64,000 bases of DNA from Granulicella sp. Its GTDB lineage: Bacteria; Acidobacteriota; Terriglobia; Terriglobales; Acidobacteriaceae. Positions 29,530-38,546 of the stretch are shown here, piece after piece. A program made the position numbers and the translations under genes. The notes under the pieces are model-generated. The model saw only the letters and a list, made by a program, of their open reading frames with translations. It was not told the origin of the DNA and did not search any database. Each line of letters starts with the position of its first letter. The stretch's first letter is position 1. The stretch is taken from NCBI GenBank assembly GCA_027339965.1, contig DAHWNL010000006.1, forward strand, positions 1 to 64,000, written 5' to 3'.

Positions 29530-30714
29530 ATGGCGGATTACGAGAACGATCTATCCCAGATCGTCTACGAATTGAATCGATCGCTGCCGGGGACAAAGAC
29601 CGGATCACACTCCAAGCTGGATGTGGTCAGCGAGAAGAAAGTCGCTCCCGATCCTTACCTGGACATGTTTCTGAACCAAGCATTGGAGCGTGACGCCTCC
29701 GATCTCATCCTGATCGCCGGCGCGGGAATCACCCTGCGAGTCAGCGGAGTACTCACCCCATCTACCGGGAAAGCGCTCACCGCCGATGATCTGCGTCGGC
29801 TGCTGCTGCCTCTACTTTCCGCTGAACAGGTCAAGGAACTGGAGAGTCGCCGGGTGATCGATTTCTGTTTTGTTCGCGGAACCCTGGGCAGATTCCGGGC
29901 CAACATTCACTTTCAGCGCGGATCCCTTGCGGCTTGCATACGCCTGCTCCCAGCGCAGATCCCCACACTGGAGTCGTTGAATCTGCCACCCATTCTGGGC
30001 AGGCTGGTGGAGCGGCGGCAGGGGCTCATCCTGGTAACCGGACCGACCGGGAGCGGGAAGACCTCCACCATGGCAGCGCTGGTTCACCTGATCAACGCTC
30101 GCCGCCGCGAACACATTATCACCATCGAGGATCCTGTCGAATATCAGCATATCAACCGCAACTCCATCATCGAGCAGATCGAGGTAGGAGCCGATACCCC
30201 GGGGTTCTCCCAGGCTGTTCGCGCCGTGCTGCGCCAGAGTCCGGATGTGATTCTCATTGGAGAGATGCGCGACGCCGAGACCATGGCCGCCGCTCTGACC
30301 GCAGCCGAAACCGGGCACCTGGTTCTCTCCTCGCTGCACACCAACGATACCGCACAGACCATGTCGAGGCTGCTGGATACCTTTCCAGCCAGCAACCAGA
30401 CCCAGATTCGCCAGCAGCTCTCATTGGCGCTGCTGGCCGTCATCGCCCAACAGCTCGTTCCGGCAGCCGGTCAGGCAGGACGCTTTCCGGCTTTGGAGAT
30501 TCTGGTGGCAACCAACGGAATCCGGAACCTGATCCGGACCGCTCAGGACCATCAGATCCGATCCCAGATCTCGACCGGAAGCGCCGATGGAATGCTCACC
30601 ATGGACCAGTCCCTGGCCGAACTGGTGCGCAACCGGCGGATCTTGCGGGAGACGGCGATGGCGCACTGCCATCACCCCGAAGAGCTTCGGTCCCTGCTCA
30701 ATCGCCACCTGTAA
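29530..30714 (+). CDS. pilT: PilT/PilU-family type IV pilus retraction ATPase
   Basis: GRFRAN, GPTGSGKT, TIEDPVEY, GEMRDAET, AETGHLV, LHTN and GIRNLIR motifs; AGGAGG RBS. Confidence 0.88.
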   Translation: MADYENDLSQIVYELNRSLPGTKTGSHSKLDVVSEKKVAPDPYLDMFLNQALERDASDLILIAGAGITLRVSGVLTPSTGKALTADDLRRLLLPLLSAEQVKELESRRVIDFCFVRGTLGRFRANIHFQRGSLAACIRLLPAQIPTLESLNLPPILGRLVERRQGLILVTGPTGSGKTSTMAALVHLINARRREHIITIEDPVEYQHINRNSIIEQIEVGADTPGFSQAVRAVLRQSPDVILIGEMRDAETMAAALTAAETGHLVLSSLHTNDTAQTMSRLLDTFPASNQTQIRQQLSLALLAVIAQQLVPAAGQAGRFPALEILVATNGIRNLIRTAQDHQIRSQISTGSADGMLTMDQSLAELVRNRRILRETAMAHCHHPEELRSLLNRHL

Positions 30715-30760
30715 GGCTGGGTGCCGGACTTCACGCGATGCAAGTTCGGTGAAGTCTGGA

Positions 30761-30769
30761 TGGTATACT
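30761..30769 (+). promoter_or_regulatory. Putative extended -10 promoter (TGGTATACT) for tRNA-Leu
   Basis: TGn-TATACT about 55 bp upstream of the tRNA. Confidence 0.5.
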
Positions 30770-30823
30770 CGTTAGAAAGTTACGCGTCTCTCCTGTCATG
30801 CGTGCCGCGTGTGCCAGGCTTAT

Positions 30824-30908
30824 GCGGAGGTGGCGAAATTGGCAGACGCACTAGCTTGAGGTGCTAGCGCCGCAAGGCATAGGGGTTCAAGTCCCCTCCT
30901 CCGCACCA
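30824..30908 (+). tRNA. tRNA-Leu (anticodon GAG)
   Basis: Acceptor stem GCGGAGG/CCTCCGC, D arm, anticodon arm CTAGC-TTGAGGT-GCTAG, long variable arm, GGTTCAAGTCC T arm and encoded CCA. Confidence 0.97.
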
Positions 30909-30917
30909 ATCTTTCCC

Positions 30918-30949
30918 ATGGTCAGCCCCGACAAGGGTTGGCCATTTTT
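30918..30949 (+). terminator. Rho-independent terminator after tRNA-Leu
   Basis: Stem ATGGTCAGCCC / GGGTTGGCCAT (with G-U pairs) followed by a T run. Confidence 0.75.
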
Positions 30950-31095
30950 GCGATTGGCTCATTCACGCTGCATATCTACGAACCAGAAGCTCGCATCGGC
31001 TGCTCCTTGTCCTATTCCGTCACATGCTACAGCGGGGTTTCGGACTCGCAGAGTCTTCCCCGGAACCGAGAACTCTCCCTGGCTCGCCACATAGG

Positions 31096-31439
31096 CTAGG
31101 CAAACGAGGCTACGGAGGCAGCCTCATTCTCCTTGACATCAAAGACCGTCACCAGCTTGGTGATCACCAGCAGATCGCGCACCTTGTGGGTAAGGTTGAT
31201 CAGCTCCAACTCACCCCCAGGTTCTTCATCCCGGTGAAAGCGCTGACCAACTCTCCCAGTCCCGAACTGTCGACATAGCTGACCTCCGCTAGATTCAGCA
31301 CCATTCTGCGAACGCCTTTGGCCAGGTACAACCGCAGTTCGTCCCGCAGCGCTTGACCACCCTCCCCCAGGGTAATCTTTCCAGTCAGATCGAGCACCGT
31401 TACCACACTCACTTCCCTGGACTTCAACGTCAAGCTCAT
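31096..31439 (-). pseudogene. STAS anti-sigma antagonist interrupted by a 1-nt frameshift
   Basis: The N-part MSLTLKSRE...YVDSSGLGELVSAF and the C-part GELELINLTHKVRDLLVITKL...FA lie in different frames; the junction is the C5 run at 31214-31218. Confidence 0.85.
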
Positions 31440-31655
31440 GGCTGCCCCTTCTGCGGAACGCGGGCTCAAGCGGTGGCGGATCGTCCGCTTCCAGCGCATA
31501 ACTGGTGCAAGTGCGCCTCAAGAAACACCCCCGGCCGACCGTTTGACTTCAGGCTCATCCCTCAAGATTTTTCACTGGTAAGCGTCTGAGACTGCTAGGC
31601 TACAAGTGGCCTGAAGTGTCTTCTCACCCCTGCGGACGGGGGCTGGGGAGGGAGG

Positions 31656-32156
31656 ATGGCATTGAGAGAAGAGGCAGCGAGCAGCAAAAGCGAGACATCG
31701 GGGGAGGCGACGGCGAGCAAGAAGGTCGAGCTTCAACTTCCATCCCAGATGGGATATGAAAAGATCGCGATGAACACCGCGGCCAACTTGGCGCGTCTGA
31801 TGGGCTTCAGCAACGAGCGGATAGAAGATCTGAAGACAGCGGTAGCCGAGGCCTGCATCAATGCCATCGAGCACGGCAACAAGCTGGACCGTTCGCTCCG
31901 CGTGGGAGTAATCCTCTCCGCCGGCCCGGGCTCACTCGAGGTCAAAGTCACAGACTCCGGCGAAGGCCCGTCCAGCGCCGGCGAACTCCGGTCTGAAGCT
32001 CCCGACATCGACAGGAAGATGAAGGAGCAGGAGTCAGCCCGCGGCATGGGAATGTTCCTGATTCAGTCCCTGGTCGACGAGGTCGAGTGGGTACGCTCAC
32101 CGCCGGACGGAAGCTACGCTCGCATGGTGATTCATCTTCATCCGGCTGCTGTCTGA
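31656..32156 (+). CDS. RsbW-like anti-sigma factor Ser kinase, close paralog of 7962-8474
   Basis: Shares EDLKTAVAEACINA, GSLEVKVTD, ARGMGMFLIQ and GSYARMVIHL with the first copy; GGAGG RBS. Confidence 0.9.
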   Translation: MALREEAASSKSETSGEATASKKVELQLPSQMGYEKIAMNTAANLARLMGFSNERIEDLKTAVAEACINAIEHGNKLDRSLRVGVILSAGPGSLEVKVTDSGEGPSSAGELRSEAPDIDRKMKEQESARGMGMFLIQSLVDEVEWVRSPPDGSYARMVIHLHPAAV

Positions 32157-32473
32157 GCGTTGGTGGAAGACAAGGTTTCTGCTCAAGAGCCACCGCCGCC
32201 CAGCGCGCATCTCGGCACCCGCTCGACGCTTTGCCGGACATGACTTTGTGCTCTGGCGCGTTACCCAAAAGACGCAGGCAGGCGTTTTACTGGAAGGGCC
32301 TGGCTCGGATCTGCTCAATAGCCTGCAGAGGTTGAACGCGCAGAGGAAGCCACGCCACAAAAACTTCTTTCCGCAGGACGCCGGACGAGATCAAGGCGGA
32401 GGGTCGCTCCAGGACGCAGATATTCGGTCGCCGGCAGGCGCCCCGAAAGGTCCGAAGAACGATTCTGTGCCGG

Positions 32474-33163
32474 CTAGAGTCCATCCAGAACACTCCGCAT
32501 CACCGTCTCCAGCGCGGCGAGCGCTCTGGCGCTGTTGCGGCCCAACACCAGCGCCTGCCGCCATTGTTTCGGATGCAGCGCTGTGTGCAGCGCAAAGGCG
32601 CCGGTGCGGAAGGTTCCCAGTTCTCCCGCAAATGCCTGTAACGAACTCACCTCCATATCGCTCTCGTCTGAAATCGCTTTGATAGCTCGAAATCGCAGTC
32701 CCAGTTCCTGTGCCATCCGGGCTACCGAGGCCGCTTCCATATCCACCATCGCCGCTCCAAAACGCTTGGCCAGCTCTGCCTTCTGCTGGACACCCGCAAC
32801 GCAATCCGTCGTGGCCAGAACCACCTCCGTCGCCGTACCCTGCGTTCCGCTGGTAGCAAACCGCTCCTCCGTTCCAGCATCTACCACCCAACCTGCTTCC
32901 AGAACCGAGCCTGCAGTCAGGCCGGGAGCACACCCTCCAGCCAGCCCCGCGGAAACAAGCGTTTCCACGTTGCTCTGGCTCACTACGGCCTCCACGGCCG
33001 CGATCGCCCGCTCAGCCCCCATCCCCGCAGCCACAACCACCGCTCCGTGAAGACGGTAGAGCCAAACGCCGCGTTTTACCCACAGAGGGTCTGGCCGAAC
33101 TGCCCGAACCAGGCCAGCCACTTCGCGTGGCAGTGCGGCAATCACAGCCATTTTTGATCTCAT
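32474..33163 (-). CDS. Nucleoside phosphorylase family protein (MTA/SAH nucleosidase- or HpnG-like)
   Basis: VIAALPRE, GMG, VSAGLAGG, VDMEAA and KAISD motifs; start uncertain. Confidence 0.75.
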   Translation of the reverse strand: MRSKMAVIAALPREVAGLVRAVRPDPLWVKRGVWLYRLHGAVVVAAGMGAERAIAAVEAVVSQSNVETLVSAGLAGGCAPGLTAGSVLEAGWVVDAGTEERFATSGTQGTATEVVLATTDCVAGVQQKAELAKRFGAAMVDMEAASVARMAQELGLRFRAIKAISDESDMEVSSLQAFAGELGTFRTGAFALHTALHPKQWRQALVLGRNSARALAALETVMRSVLDGL

Positions 33164-33235
33164 GTGAGCGGTGCTGGACGCTGTCATCGGCCTCTTCATC
33201 ATAACGGCAGACGCCATTCGCTCTCGAAAAGCCTC

Positions 33236-33276
33236 GCGTTCAGCGACACAGGAGATGCGTTCAGCGACACAGGAGA
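33236..33276. repeat. Exact 20-bp direct repeat GCGTTCAGCGACACAGGAGA x2, period 21
   Basis: Copies at 33236-33255 and 33257-33276. Confidence 0.95.
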
Positions 33277-33706
33277 GAATGACACGGAGCAGCGGCCTCC
33301 ATCCCTGGCGTCTCCGATGGCTTCGAGATGGATCTCGCGGGTTGAAGACGGAGGGACGGTGCTGCTTGCCGGGGAGGATTGAATACAGGCAGGCAGTTCG
33401 GGCGAGAGTGCGATCGCGCATTCATCGAAAATCCCGAAATCCCGAAATCCACAAAGGCTGACCGAGACGCGGAAGCTCGTAAAACCGTGGAGCGGGTAGA
33501 CAAGCGATCCGATCAGTTCCTGGCTCGCAGTGGACCATCTGCAGAGCTGAATTCGCCTCGTCGCTGCAACGCGGAGTGAATCCGGAACTTCTGCCTGGAA
33601 GACCGCAAGCCGGAACGGCAAGGTCAGGCCTTGGTTGTCTGGCTTGGGTTGTCCGGTTGGGAATGTCAGGCTGCGAATGTCGGGCTGCGAATGCGTGCTC
33701 GGACAG

Positions 33707-33757
33707 TTGACAGACGATATCCAAAAAGCAGATATTAGGCGATGCACAATCGTTTGC
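33707..33757 (+). promoter_or_regulatory. Putative sigma70 promoter with downstream LacI-like operator for the GH39 cluster
   Basis: TTGACA at 33707-33712, GATATT at 33731-33736, near-palindrome ACAATCGTTTGC at 33746-33757. Confidence 0.5.
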
Positions 33758-33857
33758 GGCATAACACCGTTCAAGTCGATTGGGACCCCACCCAGGATCC
33801 CTCTCTTCGCTCTGCAGGGGACGTCAGGATGGTCCGCAACATCACGGAGGATTTTCG

Positions 33858-35360
33858 ATGTACCGCTGGCTCCGCTACACTCTTTTCGGCCTCTTCGTGG
33901 CGTTTCCTTCCTGCTCAATCCTTCGCGCTCAATCCATGCAGCAAGTCGCCATCGACGCGGATGCCGCTACTACCCCATTTCCTCACTTCTGGGAGCAGAT
34001 CTTCGGCTCCGGACACGCCATCCTCAGCCTACGGGAGTCCTATCGCAATGACATCCGATCCGTTCACCAGGTTGCTGACTTTCGCTACGTCCGGTTTCAC
34101 GGAATCCTCGACGATGAGGTGGGGCTCTACAACGAAGACCCGCGCGGAAATCCCGTCTACAACTTCTCCTACGTCGATCAGATTTACGACGGTCTGCTCC
34201 AGAGTGGAGTCCGTCCGGTGGTGGAGCTGAGTTTCATGCCCCGGAAGCTGGCCTTTAACCCTCGTGATCTGCACGTCTTCTGGTACCACCCGGACGTCTC
34301 GCCGCCCAAAAGCTGGGATCTGTGGGATGACATGATCACGCATCTGGCCCGGCATCTGGTAGACCGCTACGGAATTGAAGAAGTCTCGCAGTGGTATTTC
34401 GAGATCTGGAATGAGCCCAACATCGACTTCTGGGGGGGTATACCCCGTCAGCAGAGCTACTTCGAGCTTTACGACCACACCGCCCAGGACTTGAAACGCG
34501 TCAGCCCGCGGCTGCGCGTGGGAGGGCCGGCGACCGCTGCCGCCTCCTGGATTCCAGCCTTCCTTGCCCACGCCGCCTCCGCGCACGTACCCGTCGACTT
34601 CGTCTCCACGCATGGCTACGCCGACGACACGGTGCAAAACCTTTTCCATACCGATGAGAAGATTCCCCAGGATGACCGCGTTTGCCGCGCTGTCGCCAAG
34701 GTCCGCAAGCAGATCAATGCCTCCCCCATGCCCCACCTCCCTCTGCTCTGGACGGAGTGGAACGTGATTGGAGCCGACGATGCACGCGATACAACCTATG
34801 TTGGCCCGGCTCTGGCGAATACTATTCGCGAGTGTGCCGGCAATGTTACCGAGATGTCGTTCTGGACCTTCGACGACGTCTTTGAAGAGAACGGCCCCAT
34901 TGGAAAGCCCTTCGAGGGCAACTTTGGCCTGATCGCCAAAGGTGGCATTTACAAGCCGAGCTACTACGACTTTGGGCTGCTCCACCAGCTCGGCGAGCGC
35001 CGCATCGCGAACAACTCGAAAGATCTGATCATCACCAAGACGGCTGACGGTGGGCTGGCCATCGCCGCCTGGAACCTTGTCGATCCCGGCAATCATGGGA
35101 CCATGCAGACCATGGATCTCCACTTCCGGGGAGTCCCTGCGGAAGCCGCCGTCACGATGCAGCGCGTCGACGCCAACCATGGAAACGTGCTTCCCAAATA
35201 CGCCGCCATGGGCAGCCCCGTGGATCCTACACCGGCGCAGGTCAACCGACTCAATCGCGAGACTGCCCTGAGAGCCCCCGAGCAGACCCAACTGCACAAC
35301 GGAAGACTCACCCTCCACTTGAGTCCCAACTCTCTTTTCCTCATCAAGGTCCAGCCATGA
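33858..35360 (+). CDS. GH39 glycoside hydrolase (beta-xylosidase-like), secreted
   Basis: YVRFHGILDD, VELSFMP, EIWNEP (acid/base), TEWN (nucleophile) and FWTFDDVFEE; GGAGG before ATG 33858. Confidence 0.92.
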   Translation: MYRWLRYTLFGLFVAFPSCSILRAQSMQQVAIDADAATTPFPHFWEQIFGSGHAILSLRESYRNDIRSVHQVADFRYVRFHGILDDEVGLYNEDPRGNPVYNFSYVDQIYDGLLQSGVRPVVELSFMPRKLAFNPRDLHVFWYHPDVSPPKSWDLWDDMITHLARHLVDRYGIEEVSQWYFEIWNEPNIDFWGGIPRQQSYFELYDHTAQDLKRVSPRLRVGGPATAAASWIPAFLAHAASAHVPVDFVSTHGYADDTVQNLFHTDEKIPQDDRVCRAVAKVRKQINASPMPHLPLLWTEWNVIGADDARDTTYVGPALANTIRECAGNVTEMSFWTFDDVFEENGPIGKPFEGNFGLIAKGGIYKPSYYDFGLLHQLGERRIANNSKDLIITKTADGGLAIAAWNLVDPGNHGTMQTMDLHFRGVPAEAAVTMQRVDANHGNVLPKYAAMGSPVDPTPAQVNRLNRETALRAPEQTQLHNGRLTLHLSPNSLFLIKVQP

Positions 35361-37015
35361 TAAAGACTCGCTCCATCTCCGTCCGTGTCCATGCCAAACA
35401 GCACGCCTTCGCAGCCAGGGCAATGGAACTCTTCGTCCTCCTCATGGTCGGTTTGATCTCTTTCGGGGCACCGGCGCAGGACGAGCGCCCCGCGTCTCCA
35501 CCGGCTGCCGCTCCGGTTCGGCTGGTCATCGATGCGGATGGCCCCACGACTCCGTTTCCTCATTTCTGGGAGCAGACCTTCGGCTCGGGCCACGCCATTC
35601 TGGCTCTTCGCGCCAGCTACCGCGAAGATCTTCACACCGTCAAGCTGGCGACGAACTTCCAATCCATCCGCTTCCACGGCATTCTGGATGACGAAGTCGG
35701 TCTCTACGATCCCGGCCGCCAGACCAAAAATCCGGGGCTGGCGGCGCAGAGCGCTGATGACGCCTCGATCTACAACTTCTTTTACATCGACGAGATCTAC
35801 GACGGTCTACTGGCGGAGCACGTTAAGCCCTTCGTTGAACTTAGCTTCATGCCGAAGAAGATGGCCCAGAATCCCTCCCTGGTGCAGGCCTTTTTTTACC
35901 ACCCCAATGTCTCTCCTCCTAAGGACTACGCCCTCTGGGACGACATGATTCGAGCCCTTGCCAGCCACCTGATCGAGCGTTACGGCATCGATGAGGTCGC
36001 TACCTGGAAGTTCGAGGTCTGGAATGAACCGAATCTGGATTTCTGGGGCGGACGGCCTCGCCGGCAAACCTACTTTGAGATGTACGACCATACCGCGCGC
36101 ACGCTCAAGTCCGTTTCGCCGCGCCTTCAGGTCGGAGGACCCGCAACCGCCCAGGCTGCCTGGATCACTCCCTTCCTCGCCTGGGTCAGCGCCCACCATA
36201 CACCCATCGACTTCGTCTCAACCCATGTCTACGGCAACGACACCTCGGAAACTGTCTTTCACACCCAGGAGACCGTCCCCCGCAGGCTGATGGTGTATCG
36301 CGCGGTCAAGATGGTGCACGAGGAAATTCTCCATTCCCCCTACCCGCATCTTCCTCTGATCTTCTCCGAGTACAACGCCAGCTACGCCAATGAACCAAAC
36401 GTCACCGACTCGGTCTACATGGGGCCCTGGCTGGCGAACACGATTCGCCTTTGCGACGGCCTGACCCAAAGCATGGACTACTGGGACTTCTCCGACGTCT
36501 TTGAAGAACAGGGAGTCGTTCACACACCCTTCTACGGCGGCTTTGGATTGATCGCCGCCGAACACATCCCCAAACCGGCCCTCAATGCCTTCCGCGCCCT
36601 CCACCAGCTTGGTGATCGCCGCCTTGAGGTTGACTCCGACTCCATTCTCGCCACCCGAACGGCGGACGGCCGTCTGGTGCTGGCGCTCTGGGATTACGCT
36701 CCACCCTCTGGCTCAGGTCCTGCCTACACATGGCCCAGGGGGCCAGCGGGGCCTGCCAAGAGATTCTCCCTCAGCTTCCGCAACCTTCCCCCGAATGCCG
36801 AGGTGGAAGTCCTCCGCGTCGACCCCGATCACGGCAATGTGCTCAAGGCGTTCGACGCCATGGGCCGCCCACCCGGAGACATGACTCCCGCACGTGTCGC
36901 GAAACTTCGCGCCGCCGGCGCCATGGCGCCCGCCGAGCACCTTCACCTGCAAAGCGGGAGACTCAGCCTTTCCGTCCCTGCGCATGGGCTGGCCGTTGTC
37001 CTGCTCGGAAGATAA
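35357..37015 (+). CDS. GH39 glycoside hydrolase, tandem paralog
   Basis: IRFHGILDD, EVWNEP, FSEYN and WDFSDVFEE motifs; ATGA overlap with the first copy. Confidence 0.92.
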   Translation: MIKTRSISVRVHAKQHAFAARAMELFVLLMVGLISFGAPAQDERPASPPAAAPVRLVIDADGPTTPFPHFWEQTFGSGHAILALRASYREDLHTVKLATNFQSIRFHGILDDEVGLYDPGRQTKNPGLAAQSADDASIYNFFYIDEIYDGLLAEHVKPFVELSFMPKKMAQNPSLVQAFFYHPNVSPPKDYALWDDMIRALASHLIERYGIDEVATWKFEVWNEPNLDFWGGRPRRQTYFEMYDHTARTLKSVSPRLQVGGPATAQAAWITPFLAWVSAHHTPIDFVSTHVYGNDTSETVFHTQETVPRRLMVYRAVKMVHEEILHSPYPHLPLIFSEYNASYANEPNVTDSVYMGPWLANTIRLCDGLTQSMDYWDFSDVFEEQGVVHTPFYGGFGLIAAEHIPKPALNAFRALHQLGDRRLEVDSDSILATRTADGRLVLALWDYAPPSGSGPAYTWPRGPAGPAKRFSLSFRNLPPNAEVEVLRVDPDHGNVLKAFDAMGRPPGDMTPARVAKLRAAGAMAPAEHLHLQSGRLSLSVPAHGLAVVLLGR

Positions 37016-37069
37016 CAATCACCATCGCCTGGAGTCTCTCACCCAGGACCGCCCCGAGGAGGTTTCAGG

Positions 37070-38434
37070 ATGCAACGGCGTGACTGCCTCAAGCTTCTGG
37101 CCGGCGCTGCTCTCCTGCCCGGCATCAGAACGCCGGCCCCGGTCGCGCTGGCGCAAACTCTTGGCCGCGCCACATCGGCAACAGATTGGCCACTCACTGC
37201 GGAGAAGGTGGTCTCCTACACGCTCACCCCGGCTGATGAAGCCTTTCTGGATGAGATGGAGCGCCGCGCGTGCCTTTACTTCATCGAGCAGGCCGGCCCT
37301 GCCACGGGTCAGGTTCTTGACCGCGCTGCCAACCACTCCAACGGTCGGCTCGATCCCCGTCCCATGGCCTCCATCGCCGCCACCGGCTTTGGCCTGACGG
37401 CTCTTTGTATCGCAGACCAGCGCGGCTACCAACCCCATGCTCAACTCCGGGAGCAGGTCCGCCGCACACTGCATTTTCATGCGCACACCCTGCCCAACGT
37501 CCACGGGTTCTACTATCACTTCAATGACGTCCAGACCGGGGCTCGCTTCCGGCAAGTTGAGGTCTCCTCCATCGATACCTCTCTTCTGCTCTGCGCCGTG
37601 CTCACCGCCCGCGCACACTTCCATCAGGATGCCGAGATCCAGCAGCTCGCCACTCTGATCTACAACCGGGTGGACTGGCCCTGGATGCTCGATGGTCCGG
37701 TGAACGACAAAGCCACCTTTTCCATGGGCTGGACACCGGAGTCTGGCTTTCTGCATGCCCGTTGGAAGACTTACTGTGAGCTGATGATGATCTACCTGCT
37801 GGCGATCGGCTCACCCACCCACCCCATCCCTGCCGGCTGCTGGTACGCATGGTCCCGGCCGGTGATTCACTACGATGGGCTCTCCTACATCAGCGGCAAC
37901 GATCCTATCTTCACCGAGCAGTACAGCCAGGCATGGTTCGACTTCCGCCATCAACGCGATCGCTATGCCAACTACTTCGATAACTCCATCACCGCGACCC
38001 GAGCCCACCAGGCCTTCTGCCTCTCCTTGGGAAAACCGTACGCGCGCGACTACTGGGGGATCAGCGCCTCCGACTCCGCCCATGGCTATACGGCCTGGGG
38101 AGGACCGGACGCGGAAGGCCATGGGTTCGGAGGCATCGACGGCTCCGTGGTACCTAATGCCACGGCCGGATCCCTGCCCTTCCTGCCCGAGGCCTGCCTG
38201 CACGTGCAGATCTCGCTCAAAGCCAGCTTCGGCAATCAAGCCTGGGGCAGGTACGGATTCTGCGACGCCTTCCACCCCGAAGCCAACTGGTACGATCCGG
38301 ATGTTCTGGGCATCGACCTGGGAATTAGCGTGTTGATGGCGGAAAACCTGCGCTCCGGATTCGTCTGGGAGACCTTCTCTCGCAACCCCGAGGTCTCTCT
38401 GGCCATGCAGCGGGCGGGATTCCACACCGCATAG
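37070..38434 (+). CDS. Tat-exported glucoamylase-family protein (GH144-like, endo-beta-1,2-glucanase-like)
   Basis: QRRDCLK twin-arginine signal; SIAATGFGL, GFYYHF, EVSSIDT, MGWTPE, WGISASD and YGFCDAF motifs. Confidence 0.8.
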   Translation: MQRRDCLKLLAGAALLPGIRTPAPVALAQTLGRATSATDWPLTAEKVVSYTLTPADEAFLDEMERRACLYFIEQAGPATGQVLDRAANHSNGRLDPRPMASIAATGFGLTALCIADQRGYQPHAQLREQVRRTLHFHAHTLPNVHGFYYHFNDVQTGARFRQVEVSSIDTSLLLCAVLTARAHFHQDAEIQQLATLIYNRVDWPWMLDGPVNDKATFSMGWTPESGFLHARWKTYCELMMIYLLAIGSPTHPIPAGCWYAWSRPVIHYDGLSYISGNDPIFTEQYSQAWFDFRHQRDRYANYFDNSITATRAHQAFCLSLGKPYARDYWGISASDSAHGYTAWGGPDAEGHGFGGIDGSVVPNATAGSLPFLPEACLHVQISLKASFGNQAWGRYGFCDAFHPEANWYDPDVLGIDLGISVLMAENLRSGFVWETFSRNPEVSLAMQRAGFHTA

Positions 38435-38546
38435 AGCGGTCCTTCTCTCGGGGATGATGTGCCTGGTCACGATCAGAACACCACAAGCAGACCTCTGCAG
38501 AAGCCCCATCCCCTCGAAGAGCTCTCCTACATCGAACAGTGGACCG

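Noticed and set aside
30824..33800. tRNA-Leu as an integration site of a genomic island
   Set aside because: No integrase and no duplicated tRNA 3' end were seen; GTTCAAGTC near 33770 lacks a T-stem
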